Origin: Clostridia bacterium
GTDB lineage: Bacteria; Bacillota; Clostridia; Oscillospirales; UBA644
Assembly (NCBI GenBank): GCA_017621705.1
Contig: JAGASR010000028.1
Location: 21,558 to 85,557, forward strand
DNA length: 64,000 nucleotides
Reading direction: 5' to 3'
Below, piece after piece: positions 10,969-20,135 of the stretch (the first letter of the stretch is position 1; each line of letters opens with the position of its first letter). The notes below the pieces were generated by a model. The model saw only the letters and a program-made list of their open reading frames with translations. It had not been told where the DNA came from and did not search any database. The position numbers and the translations under genes are program-made.

Positions 10969-12363
10969 TTATTCGTACAACTCTGCAATAGTCTGATACT
11001 GGGGAAGGATGTATTTTTCAGTATTCGTAAATTGGAGACTTTCTGCACCTTGAAGAACCGCTGTTGCACTTCTGGTAGTAATATCGCCAAAAAATCCGGA
11101 AAGAGAATGTGCGTGATCAATATAAACAGCATGATCTTTATCTGAAAGTTCAAAGAAGAATTTGGAATCACGTTCATCAAGGAAATAGTTTCGAGAAAGA
11201 TACTCTAAAACAGCTTCATCTGTCTCATATCCTTCAAACGGTTCGTAAATAGCATCTATAATAAGAGCAGATACTTCGGCATCGGGAGCAGTCAACGGAA
11301 TACAGATGGTAAAATCGGCTGCTTCATAAAAGGATTTATACCAACCGGGTTCAGCATTCGGGCCGGAAGGGAAAGGAACTAAGCCGAAATTATCAACATT
11401 ATACGCAACGGATGTTGTACCGGAAAGAATCTGATAAGCATCAATAAGACCGAGAACACTTTGTCCCGCAACAAACTGGTCAAGACCGCCTTCTATAATA
11501 TTTGATGCAGCAGGACCGTTCCACCATTCGAAAGTCTGATTAAAAGCATCAAGTGCGGTATCAGAATAAAAACCGAGAGAAAAAGAACCGTCATCGTTTA
11601 AAGTCAAGTATTCATCACCGTTAGAAAGAGCCATACCTCTTGTAAACCAACCGCGACTTGCTGCCATGGAATAAACTTTATCACCGGAAAGGTTGTTAAA
11701 AGTATAATTAGTTAAAACATTCGTAAATGTATCATAGGTCCATTCGCCGTTCTCATAATAATCTCGAGGGTCTGTCTGTCCGAGAGTAGCGATGTGATTT
11801 TCATTTACAGCAAATACACTTGACATTGAGTTCTGAGTCCTCAGCGGATGCAAAGCGGGAATTACGCCGTATATGCCACCGTTCCACATCGTAGAAGCAA
11901 GAAGGTATCGGTTTCCCCATTTTTCCTCATCGGTAGCTTCCATGTTATCAAGCGTGGCAAGATCCGTAAAAATGTTAGCTATAACGTAGTCAACAAGGAA
12001 AAAAGATTCTTCCTGAATAAAGTCAAACTCATAATCACCTGTCAAAACAGAATGATAAGCCGCTTCTCCTGCTCGTGTAACATATTTCATTTCGATAGAG
12101 CAATTATATTTGTCTTCTACTTCTCTAAGACGTTTTGCGGCAAGATCGGCAAACTCGGTATTGTTAATATAACCGAGAGTTGAGTCTGCGCCCTCAAAAA
12201 AATAGTCTTGAACCATACCGTAGATAAATGTTTTCCCGTCAAGATCAATTTGATCGGACACAGTTGAATCATAAGCAGGAACAATTTCATCCTCTTCGGA
12301 AGAACAGGAAAATAACAGGAAAGTAAAAACAAAACATAAAAGCAAAGAAATAACCTTTTTCAT
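10969..12363 (-). CDS. Extracellular solute-binding lipoprotein (array copy 7)
   Basis: LFSC lipobox; DPRDYYENGEWTYD, GLVPFPSGP. Confidence 0.75.
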   Translation of the reverse strand: MKKVISLLLCFVFTFLLFSCSSEEDEIVPAYDSTVSDQIDLDGKTFIYGMVQDYFFEGADSTLGYINNTEFADLAAKRLREVEDKYNCSIEMKYVTRAGEAAYHSVLTGDYEFDFIQEESFFLVDYVIANIFTDLATLDNMEATDEEKWGNRYLLASTMWNGGIYGVIPALHPLRTQNSMSSVFAVNENHIATLGQTDPRDYYENGEWTYDTFTNVLTNYTFNNLSGDKVYSMAASRGWFTRGMALSNGDEYLTLNDDGSFSLGFYSDTALDAFNQTFEWWNGPAASNIIEGGLDQFVAGQSVLGLIDAYQILSGTTSVAYNVDNFGLVPFPSGPNAEPGWYKSFYEAADFTICIPLTAPDAEVSALIIDAIYEPFEGYETDEAVLEYLSRNYFLDERDSKFFFELSDKDHAVYIDHAHSLSGFFGDITTRSATAVLQGAESLQFTNTEKYILPQYQTIAELYE

Positions 12364-12384
12364 AATTTAATCCTCCGTTTTTTT

Positions 12385-12415
12385 GTATTATATCACAAAA
12401 CGACCGATTTGTCCA
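12385..12415 (-). promoter_or_regulatory. Sigma-A-like promoter of copy 7
   Basis: TGGACA-17 nt-TG-A-TATAAT on the minus strand. Confidence 0.55.
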
Positions 12416-12447
12416 TACCTAAAACATAATTATCAAAAAATAATATA

Positions 12448-12476
12448 AAAAGACCTCTCACACAGAGAGGTCTTCG
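12448..12476 (-). terminator. Intrinsic terminator
   Basis: AAGACCTCTC-7 nt-GAGAGGTCTT-TT after copy 6. Confidence 0.75.
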
Positions 12477-12488
12477 TTAATGTTATAA

Positions 12489-13904
12489 TTATTCACCGTA
12501 AACTTCGATAATTGAATTGCTTCTGGGGATAAGATGCTCTTCCGCACGTGCATACATTGATTCTTCCTGAGCTTCAAGAACTTCAATCGGGTTCTTTTCA
12601 GCAAGAGGAGGCCAGATATCGTCATACATACGATCCATAGAGGGGAAGTAATATGCGTGTTCGATATCGGAAAGAGAATAGTAATATTCGGCATCACGTC
12701 TGTCGAGGAAGTAGTTTGCGTGGAGATAATCGATGATATCTTCATCGGTTTCATAACCTTCAAACGGTTCATAGATAGCATCAAGAACAAATGCGGTTTC
12801 TTCTACATCGGGTTCGGTGATGGGAATACAGAGAGTAAAGTCTGCGGCATCATAGAAGGATTTGAAGGAACGGGGTTCAGCATCGGGACCTGTCGGAAAA
12901 GGAACGATACCGAAGTTTTCGAGAGTGTATGCAATGGAGTCGGTACCGGAGAGAACCTGATAAGCATCGAGCATACCGATAACGGCAGTGCCTGCTTTAA
13001 GATAGTCACGACCGCAGTCTTTGTAGTCAAGATGAATATTTGCAGAAGTAGGACCGTTGATCCATTCGGAAACCTGATTGAAAGCTTCAAGGGACTCGTC
13101 GCTGAAAATACCGAGGTTGAATGTACCGTCGGATTTCATGGTGATATATTCTCCGCCGTTGGAGAATGCTGCAGCCATAGGTAATCTGTCGGGAGAAGAT
13201 ACGAGCGCGTAGATCTGATCTCCGCCGAGAGAAGTGAGGGTATAGTCGGTAAGAACACGGGTGAAGGTATCCCATGTCCATTCGCCGTTTTCGTAGTAAT
13301 CACGTGGGTCAACTTCGCCGAGGGACTGAACGTGAGTTTCGTTAATACCGAGAACGCTACCCATGGAGTTCTGAGTACGGAGAGGATGCTGTGCGGGAAG
13401 AACTCCGTAGATAGCACCGTTCCACATCATGGAATAGAGCATATATCTGTTGCCCCATTTTTCCTCATCGGTAACATCAAGGCTATCGACGGTTGTAAGG
13501 TCAACAAAAATACCCATCGGAACGTAAGAAAGAAGCCAGTATGTTTCGTCCTGAATAATATCGATGGTGCATTCGCCGGACATAACGTCTTTATACGCAG
13601 CGTCGCCTGCTCTGGGAACATACTTGAATTCGATGGTACAGTTATGTTTTTCCTGAACATCTCTGAGTCTTTCAGCGGCGAGGTCTGCAAATTCGGTAGT
13701 GTTGATAAAACCGAGAGTAGAGTCAGCGCCCTCAAAGAAGTAGTCCTGAACCATTGCAAAAACAAAATGCTTGCCGTCGAGGTCAACGTCTCCGCTGATG
13801 CCGGAGTTGTAATCAAGATTTATATCTTCCTGCTGTTCGTTTGCGCACGAAACGCAACCGAAGAGGAAAATACAGCAAAGAATGAGTGAAAGAATTTTCT
13901 TCAT
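12489..13904 (-). CDS. Extracellular solute-binding lipoprotein (array copy 6)
   Basis: CVSC lipobox; DPRDYYENGEWTWD, GIVPFPTGP; ends VYGE. Confidence 0.75.
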   Translation of the reverse strand: MKKILSLILCCIFLFGCVSCANEQQEDINLDYNSGISGDVDLDGKHFVFAMVQDYFFEGADSTLGFINTTEFADLAAERLRDVQEKHNCTIEFKYVPRAGDAAYKDVMSGECTIDIIQDETYWLLSYVPMGIFVDLTTVDSLDVTDEEKWGNRYMLYSMMWNGAIYGVLPAQHPLRTQNSMGSVLGINETHVQSLGEVDPRDYYENGEWTWDTFTRVLTDYTLTSLGGDQIYALVSSPDRLPMAAAFSNGGEYITMKSDGTFNLGIFSDESLEAFNQVSEWINGPTSANIHLDYKDCGRDYLKAGTAVIGMLDAYQVLSGTDSIAYTLENFGIVPFPTGPDAEPRSFKSFYDAADFTLCIPITEPDVEETAFVLDAIYEPFEGYETDEDIIDYLHANYFLDRRDAEYYYSLSDIEHAYYFPSMDRMYDDIWPPLAEKNPIEVLEAQEESMYARAEEHLIPRSNSIIEVYGE

Positions 13905-13929
13905 AGCTATAGATCCTTTATTTTATATA

Positions 13930-15330
13930 TTATTCACCGTAAACTGCAGGAATAGTTTCGAGTCTGGGAAGAATATGTTCTTCAATACCGCTGAACTGTA
14001 CGTTTTCAGCTTTTTCAAGAGCTTCAGTGGGTCTGGATGTCGGGAAATAAGTCCAGACATCAAACATACCGTCCATTGTCGGGAAGAAATATGTATGTTC
14101 CGCATTTGCGATATCATAGAAAAATACAGCATCGCGTTTATCGAGGAAATAGTTTGCATAAAGATAATCGATTATATCATCTCTGGTTTCATAACCCTCA
14201 AACGGTTCATAGATCTTATCGAGAACAAATGCGGTGGCTTCGGGATCGGGAGAAGTTACGGGAATGCAGAGAGTAAAGTCGGTAGATTCATTATAAGTCT
14301 GATACCAACCGGGTTCAGCTTCGGGACCGTGAGGATACGGAACAAGACCGAAGTTCTCAAGATTATATGCAAGAGAATCGGTATTTGCAAGAACTTCCCA
14401 TGCGTCGAGGTTACCGAGAACTGCATTGCCGTCGATCAAAGCAGGAAGACCCTGTTGGAAAAGGATATTATCGGCGGTGGGACCGGTGATCCATTCGTAA
14501 TACTGGTTAAGAGCTTCAAGAGTTGTGGGAGTGTAAAGACCGTGCTGATAAGTTCCGTCTTCGTTAATGGTTATGTATTTGTCTCCGTTGGAAAAAGCGA
14601 CAGATCTCGGAAATCTGTTATCATCACAAGCGAAAGCATAGATTTTATCGCCGCCGAGAGAAGTAAGGGTATAGTCGTTGAGTACACGGGTGAAAGTATC
14701 CCACGACCATTCGCCGTTTTCATAATAATCTCTGGGGTCAACTTCGCCGATAGACTGAACGTGTGTCTCATTGATACCGATAATACCTGCAACGGAGTTC
14801 TGCATACGAAGCGGATGTTTAGCGGGAATTACACCGTAAACAGCGCCTTTCCACATGGTAGAGAGAAGAAGTTCTCTGTTTCCCCATTTTTCCTCGTCGG
14901 TAACATCGATATGATCGAGAGTTGTAAGATCAACAAAGATACCCATCGGGATATAGGAAACAAGCCAATAGGATTCTTCCTGAATTACGTCAAAAGTATA
15001 GTCGTTTGCATAAACATCTTTGTATGCGGCTTCGCCTGCTCTGGGAACATACTGAAATTCGATAGAACAGTTATGAGTTTTTTCGACAGAGCGGATTCTT
15101 TCCATTGCAAGGTCGCCGAATTCAGTGTTGTTTATATAGCTTAAGGTATTGTCTTCACCTTCAAAGAAGTAGTCCGCAACGACGCCGAAAACAAACGTCT
15201 TCTCATCAAGGTCTAGATCCCCTACTATCTCACCGATATATTCGGGGATAGTTTCCTCCATCTCCGTCGCGCATGAAACGCAGGAAAACACAAATACGCA
15301 ACAAAGAAGAAGAGCAATAATCTTTTTCAT
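13930..15330 (-). CDS. Extracellular solute-binding lipoprotein (array copy 5)
   Basis: CVSC lipobox; DPRDYYENGEWSWD, GLVPYPHGP; ends VYGE. Confidence 0.75.
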   Translation of the reverse strand: MKKIIALLLCCVFVFSCVSCATEMEETIPEYIGEIVGDLDLDEKTFVFGVVADYFFEGEDNTLSYINNTEFGDLAMERIRSVEKTHNCSIEFQYVPRAGEAAYKDVYANDYTFDVIQEESYWLVSYIPMGIFVDLTTLDHIDVTDEEKWGNRELLLSTMWKGAVYGVIPAKHPLRMQNSVAGIIGINETHVQSIGEVDPRDYYENGEWSWDTFTRVLNDYTLTSLGGDKIYAFACDDNRFPRSVAFSNGDKYITINEDGTYQHGLYTPTTLEALNQYYEWITGPTADNILFQQGLPALIDGNAVLGNLDAWEVLANTDSLAYNLENFGLVPYPHGPEAEPGWYQTYNESTDFTLCIPVTSPDPEATAFVLDKIYEPFEGYETRDDIIDYLYANYFLDKRDAVFFYDIANAEHTYFFPTMDGMFDVWTYFPTSRPTEALEKAENVQFSGIEEHILPRLETIPAVYGE

Positions 15331-15423
15331 TAATATTCTCCTTATATATATCTTTATAACGTAAGATTATAACATAAAAACGTACGGTTGTCCATAGTTT
15401 GGCAATAAGAACAAAAAAATGTT

Positions 15424-15461
15424 AAAAAGACCTTTTACCGTTAAAGTAAAAGGTCTTTTTT
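15424..15461 (-). terminator. Intrinsic terminator
   Basis: AAAAAGACCTTTTAC...GTAAAAGGTCTTTTT. Confidence 0.8.
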
Positions 15462-15469
15462 GTTAAGTT

Positions 15470-16864
15470 TTATTCGCCGTAAACAGCAATTCGTCCTTCA
15501 TAATGAGGAATCATATAGTTTTCGAGAATATCTTGATATTTGGATTCTAAACTTTCAAGAATAACTTGTACGGATTCCGTGCTGTCTTTAAGTGTATCGA
15601 TAACAGATCTTCCGCCCTCCTTAAAGAAACCGTACTCCGCATGAGAAATCATATTAAACATAATACCGGCATCACGTTCATCGAAGAATATTTGTTTACC
15701 CATATAATCCTGTAATTCGGCTTTTGTCTTATATGCATCAAACGGTTCGTACATTTCAGACAAAACGATCGCGGTTGCTTCAAGTTCTTTGACATTTAAA
15801 GGAATAACTGTAGTATATTCCAAACTTGAATGATCGCTGTAGTAGTAATTCTTTGTTGCATTAGGACCTTGGGGGTAAGGAATATAACCAACGTTATTGG
15901 CTCTGTACATAACACAATTTTCATCTTTCAAAAGCTCATATCCGCGAAGAGTAAGCATAAAGATATCGCCGTTAACAAACCAATCGACTCCCGGTCCACC
16001 GTGAGCATCCGCAGGATAGAAGCAATCCTTACATGTTTCTCTTAAAATCTTAGCAGCACGTTCAAGAGCCTCTATACCCCTCTCGGAATACAGACCGCAA
16101 GAAACTCCGTTTTCATCATACATACTCATTGTAACGCCATTTGAAAGGAACATTGAAATAAAATAATACGGAGGATGAATTGCCATTGCGTAAATCGTTC
16201 TGTCTGCCTCTTGCGTAGTATAAGCATGCAGTACTTCCTCAAACTTATCCCAAGTCCATGTACCGTTTTCAACGTATTCACGAGGGTCGGTGTGACCGTA
16301 TTTAGTTATAAGATCTTCATTTACAACGATAGGATAGTCTGTTGAATTATATACCAATTCAGGCCATGCATAAGGAACGACACCGTAAAGATCATCTTTC
16401 CACAACATAGACTGCAGCATTCCGGGGGTTCCCCATTTATCTGTGTTATGAACATCTATCAACGAAGAAATTCCGGAAAGAAATCCTGCGCGCATAGGGT
16501 CAACAAGTCCGTAAGAGCCTCCGATGGCAATATCGTAGCGAGGCTGTCCGGACATAACAGCCGTATTAATTGCAGTATTGATATCACCGTTATATTCAAC
16601 CTCGATTGTACAATTCAAAGTCTCTTCTACTTCTTTTTCTCTGTTAAGCGCCATATCAGAATGCGCTGTACCGTCAATATAACCGTAAACTGTTCCGGTA
16701 TATGCATGACCCCATACAAAATTCAAGCCATCGAGGTCAGCAGCCGAAACATCTGTATTGTATTCGGGCACGATTTCCGGTTCGAAAGTTTGACATGCGC
16801 TGAGAATAAAAAGAACAGAAAGGAAAAAAACTGCAATTTTACTTACTCTTTTCATGGAAACCAC
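15470..16864 (-). CDS. Extracellular solute-binding lipoprotein (array copy 4; start may be 16855)
   Basis: LSAC lipobox; KWGTP, DPREYVENGTWTWD; ends AVYGE. Confidence 0.75.
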   Translation of the reverse strand: MVSMKRVSKIAVFFLSVLFILSACQTFEPEIVPEYNTDVSAADLDGLNFVWGHAYTGTVYGYIDGTAHSDMALNREKEVEETLNCTIEVEYNGDINTAINTAVMSGQPRYDIAIGGSYGLVDPMRAGFLSGISSLIDVHNTDKWGTPGMLQSMLWKDDLYGVVPYAWPELVYNSTDYPIVVNEDLITKYGHTDPREYVENGTWTWDKFEEVLHAYTTQEADRTIYAMAIHPPYYFISMFLSNGVTMSMYDENGVSCGLYSERGIEALERAAKILRETCKDCFYPADAHGGPGVDWFVNGDIFMLTLRGYELLKDENCVMYRANNVGYIPYPQGPNATKNYYYSDHSSLEYTTVIPLNVKELEATAIVLSEMYEPFDAYKTKAELQDYMGKQIFFDERDAGIMFNMISHAEYGFFKEGGRSVIDTLKDSTESVQVILESLESKYQDILENYMIPHYEGRIAVYGE

Positions 16865-16936
16865 CTTTATTTATGTATTATATTATATATTATACATTAT
16901 CAGGGAATAAATGTCAATATAAAAATTCAATATTAC

Positions 16937-16970
16937 AAAAGACCCTTTACCTTTCAGTAAAGGGTCTTTT
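16937..16970 (-). terminator. Intrinsic terminator
   Basis: AAAAGACCCTTTAC...GTAAAGGGTCTTTT. Confidence 0.8.
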
Positions 16971-16982
16971 GGGGTTTAAGTT

Positions 16983-18392
16983 TTATTCGCCGTAAACAGC
17001 ATATCTGCCGGCATAATGGTTTACAAGATATTCCGATACAAGTTGGTCATACTGGCTTTCGTACGATTCAAGGATCGAAGAAATAGGATTACCCTCTCTT
17101 ACAGCCGCCTGTACTGCGACTCTGCCGTCTTCCCAGAAAAATCCGTAGTTTGCATTTCTGACAGTATTGATAAAAATTTCGGCATCTCTTTTATCAAAAA
17201 AGATTTCATCTGCCATATAATTTGCTATATCGTCTTTTGTTTCAAGTCCTTCAAAAGGTTCAAACATCATATCAAGAATCATCGCAGAAGCTTCAACATC
17301 GGCTGTATTAACAGGAATACATGTTGTATATGCCATCTGAGAATATCCGCTTGAAAATTCACCGGAAACAGCATCGGGACCTTGAGGGAAAGGAAGTATG
17401 CCGATATTATCCATCTGATACATCAAAGAGTCTGTGGTACCGATAATATCAACATTATCCATAACAGCCATAACAACATCGCCGTTGATCATATAAGAAC
17501 CTTTATTTGTACCGGCATCGGGATAAATGAAATCTTTACAAGTTACATTATATATTTCCTGTGCACGTTCCAATGCAACTCGACCTTTTTCTGTATATGC
17601 ACCGCAAACGACCTTACCGTTTTCATAAGTAGAGTAAGATACACCGTTTGAGTAAAGCATATTAACAGCAAAGTCAGCATCGTGACAATGCATTCCGTAA
17701 ACTGTTCTTCCCGCATCCTGATAGGTATATAATTCGAGAGTTTCTTCCAACTTATCCCATGTCCACTCGCGGTTATCGACATATTCACGGGGATCCGAAT
17801 GACCTAATCGGGATACAAGAGTTTCATTCACAGCGAATACAGAATATGTTGTGCTGTAAAGCAGATTGGGCCATGCAAAAGGAACAACACCGTAAACATC
17901 ATCTTTCCATATCATCGGTTCAAGCATATTGGGTGTTCCCCATTTTTCTGTATTCTGTACATCCAGGAGCGAAGATAATCCAACAAGATATCCCCTTGCT
18001 CTTGAGAAATTACTCAAAACACTTGTGTCGCAAGTTACAAGGTCATAAAGATGAGATCCGGACATAAGCGATGCACTCAAATTATCAGCTATAACTGTGG
18101 AGTTAGAGTTGTTATCAACAATAATCTTACAGTTATAGGCAGATTCGATTGACTTTTGTCTTTCCAAAGCGTTATCAGCAAAATTTGTTCCCGGAATAAA
18201 TCCGAAAATATTATCAACGCCATCCATATATCTGCTCATTGAAAAGCCCCAGGTAACCGAAAGACCGTCAAAATTAACATCCCCCGTTTCAATTTTATAC
18301 TCGGGAACGATTTCCGGTTCTGAAGTTTGACATGCGCTGAGAATAAAAAGAACAGAAAGGAAAAACACCATAAATTTACTTATTTTTTTCAT
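16983..18392 (-). CDS. Extracellular solute-binding lipoprotein (array copy 3)
   Basis: LSAC lipobox; KWGTP, GILPFPQGP; ends AVYGE. Confidence 0.75.
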   Translation of the reverse strand: MKKISKFMVFFLSVLFILSACQTSEPEIVPEYKIETGDVNFDGLSVTWGFSMSRYMDGVDNIFGFIPGTNFADNALERQKSIESAYNCKIIVDNNSNSTVIADNLSASLMSGSHLYDLVTCDTSVLSNFSRARGYLVGLSSLLDVQNTEKWGTPNMLEPMIWKDDVYGVVPFAWPNLLYSTTYSVFAVNETLVSRLGHSDPREYVDNREWTWDKLEETLELYTYQDAGRTVYGMHCHDADFAVNMLYSNGVSYSTYENGKVVCGAYTEKGRVALERAQEIYNVTCKDFIYPDAGTNKGSYMINGDVVMAVMDNVDIIGTTDSLMYQMDNIGILPFPQGPDAVSGEFSSGYSQMAYTTCIPVNTADVEASAMILDMMFEPFEGLETKDDIANYMADEIFFDKRDAEIFINTVRNANYGFFWEDGRVAVQAAVREGNPISSILESYESQYDQLVSEYLVNHYAGRYAVYGE

Positions 18393-18544
18393 AAGAATAC
18401 CTCTACCCTTTTATTTTCATCCATACACCATATCATGTATTTTTCACAGATTAACACAATAAACCGTAAAAGTCAATGTTTAAATTACATAGTTTACATA
18501 AATATCACAGAAAGACCTTTTGAGATGGACTCAAAAGGTCTTTA
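18328..18544. repeat. Direct repeat copy A (terminator + promoter + signal-peptide coding region)
   Basis: Matches 19903-20125; 18460-18544 differs from 20041-20125 at 2 of 85 positions. Confidence 0.9.
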
Positions 18545-18560
18545 ATATCATAATTCTATT

Positions 18561-19967
18561 TTATTCGCCGTAAACAGCGAGTCTGCCTTCATACTGAGGT
18601 TCAAGGTAATCTTCTACGAGTGCATTATACTTATCTTCGTTTGACTCAAAAAGCTGTGAAATAGTCTCCGTGGATTTAACAGCATTTGCAGGTAAATCAC
18701 GACCGCCTTCCCAGAAAAAGTTATATTGTGCACCGCTTACTATATCAAAAACAACTTCAGAGTCTCTTTTATCGAAAAAGATCTGTTCTGTCATATATTC
18801 AAGCATATCTTCTTTTGTTTCATAACCTTCAAACGGCTCAAACATAGCATTTAAAACTTTTGCTGTTCCTTCAACATCCGAAGCTGTAATGGGTATGCAT
18901 GTTGAATACGGAATCTGCTGATAGTATGAATGATACTTTCCGGGGATCGCATTGGGACCCTGTGGGAAAGGCAGAACGCCGAGATTATCCATTTTATACA
19001 GCAAAGAATCTGCAGTCGAAAACAATGTTCCGGTACCAGTAAGATACATAACGCAGTCTTCGTTATAAAAGAAATCGGAAGTGTTGGAGGTAAGGTCCGG
19101 ATAAATATAGTCAGCACAGGTTTCGTTTAAAATTCGCTGACCGCGTTCTAATGCGGATCTTCCGGCATCTGTATAAATACCGCATATAACCTTACCGTCT
19201 TCAACAGCCGTATAGTTGACACCGTTAGACAAGAACATATTTATACCAAAGTAGTCAGAATGAAAATTTATACTGTAAATTGTTCTTCCTGCATCTTCAT
19301 AGGTGCATGCGGCAAGTGTTTCTTCAAACTTATCCCAGGTCCACCCTTTATTTTCGACATAATCTCGAGGATCTGTCGCACCGATTTTTGAAACAAGGTG
19401 TTCGTTAACAGCAATAATACCGGCAGGGACAGTATAGAGAAGGTAGGGCCAAGCATTTGGTAAAACGCCGTACAAATCATCTTTCCAAAGCATATTCTGA
19501 AGTTGATTGGGAGTACCCCATTTTTCTGTATTTTGGACATCAAGATAAGATGAAAGACCTACAAGATAATTTCCTCTGACAAGGCTTGCCAACACACTGG
19601 AGTCAGCAGAAATAAGGTCATAAAGGTGACCACCTGTTGCGAGTTCAACATTTAATTTGCTGGCAATAACAGAAGAGTTTGAATTATTATCAACCGTTAT
19701 AACACAATTCAAATCAGATTCGACCTTTTTCTGATGTTCAAGAACCTGATCGGCAAAAGCAGTTTCGGGAATAAAACCGAAAACATTATCCGTATCTTCA
19801 GCATATCGGCTCATTGAAAAGCCCCACTTAATCTCAAGACCGTCAAGATCGCTCGAATTTACATCTGAAATATATTCCGGGGCAATTTCAGCCTGAGAAG
19901 ACTGACATGCGCTGAGAAAAAAAAGAACAGAAAGGAAAAACACCATAAATTTACTTATTTTTTTCAT
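18561..19967 (-). CDS. Extracellular solute-binding lipoprotein (array copy 2)
   Basis: Start MKKISKFMVFFLS matches copy 3; LSAC lipobox; ends AVYGE. Confidence 0.75.
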   Translation of the reverse strand: MKKISKFMVFFLSVLFFLSACQSSQAEIAPEYISDVNSSDLDGLEIKWGFSMSRYAEDTDNVFGFIPETAFADQVLEHQKKVESDLNCVITVDNNSNSSVIASKLNVELATGGHLYDLISADSSVLASLVRGNYLVGLSSYLDVQNTEKWGTPNQLQNMLWKDDLYGVLPNAWPYLLYTVPAGIIAVNEHLVSKIGATDPRDYVENKGWTWDKFEETLAACTYEDAGRTIYSINFHSDYFGINMFLSNGVNYTAVEDGKVICGIYTDAGRSALERGQRILNETCADYIYPDLTSNTSDFFYNEDCVMYLTGTGTLFSTADSLLYKMDNLGVLPFPQGPNAIPGKYHSYYQQIPYSTCIPITASDVEGTAKVLNAMFEPFEGYETKEDMLEYMTEQIFFDKRDSEVVFDIVSGAQYNFFWEGGRDLPANAVKSTETISQLFESNEDKYNALVEDYLEPQYEGRLAVYGE

Positions 19968-20125
19968 AAAAAGACCTTCCACCCTATTATTTTCATTTAT
20001 ACGCCATATTGTGGTATTTTTTTGTCATATTTTAACACGATAAACGGTAAAAGTCAATGTTTAAATTACATAGTTTGCATAAATATCACAGAAAGACCTT
20101 TTGAGATGGACTCAAAAGGTCTTTA
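19903..20125. repeat. Direct repeat copy B, includes identical terminator AAAGACCTTTTGAG-ATGGA-CTCAAAAGGTCTTT
   Basis: Direct comparison with 18328-18544. Confidence 0.9.
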
Positions 20126-20135
20126 TATTTACGAA

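Noticed and set aside
13882-15144. 420-aa antisense ORF
   Set aside because: Mirror frame of a codon-biased gene; no RBS or recognisable motifs
12448-20124. Recurring AAGACC...GGTCTT palindromes as CRISPR or REP repeats
   Set aside because: One per intergenic region with T-tracts, spaced by whole genes; these are paralogous terminators
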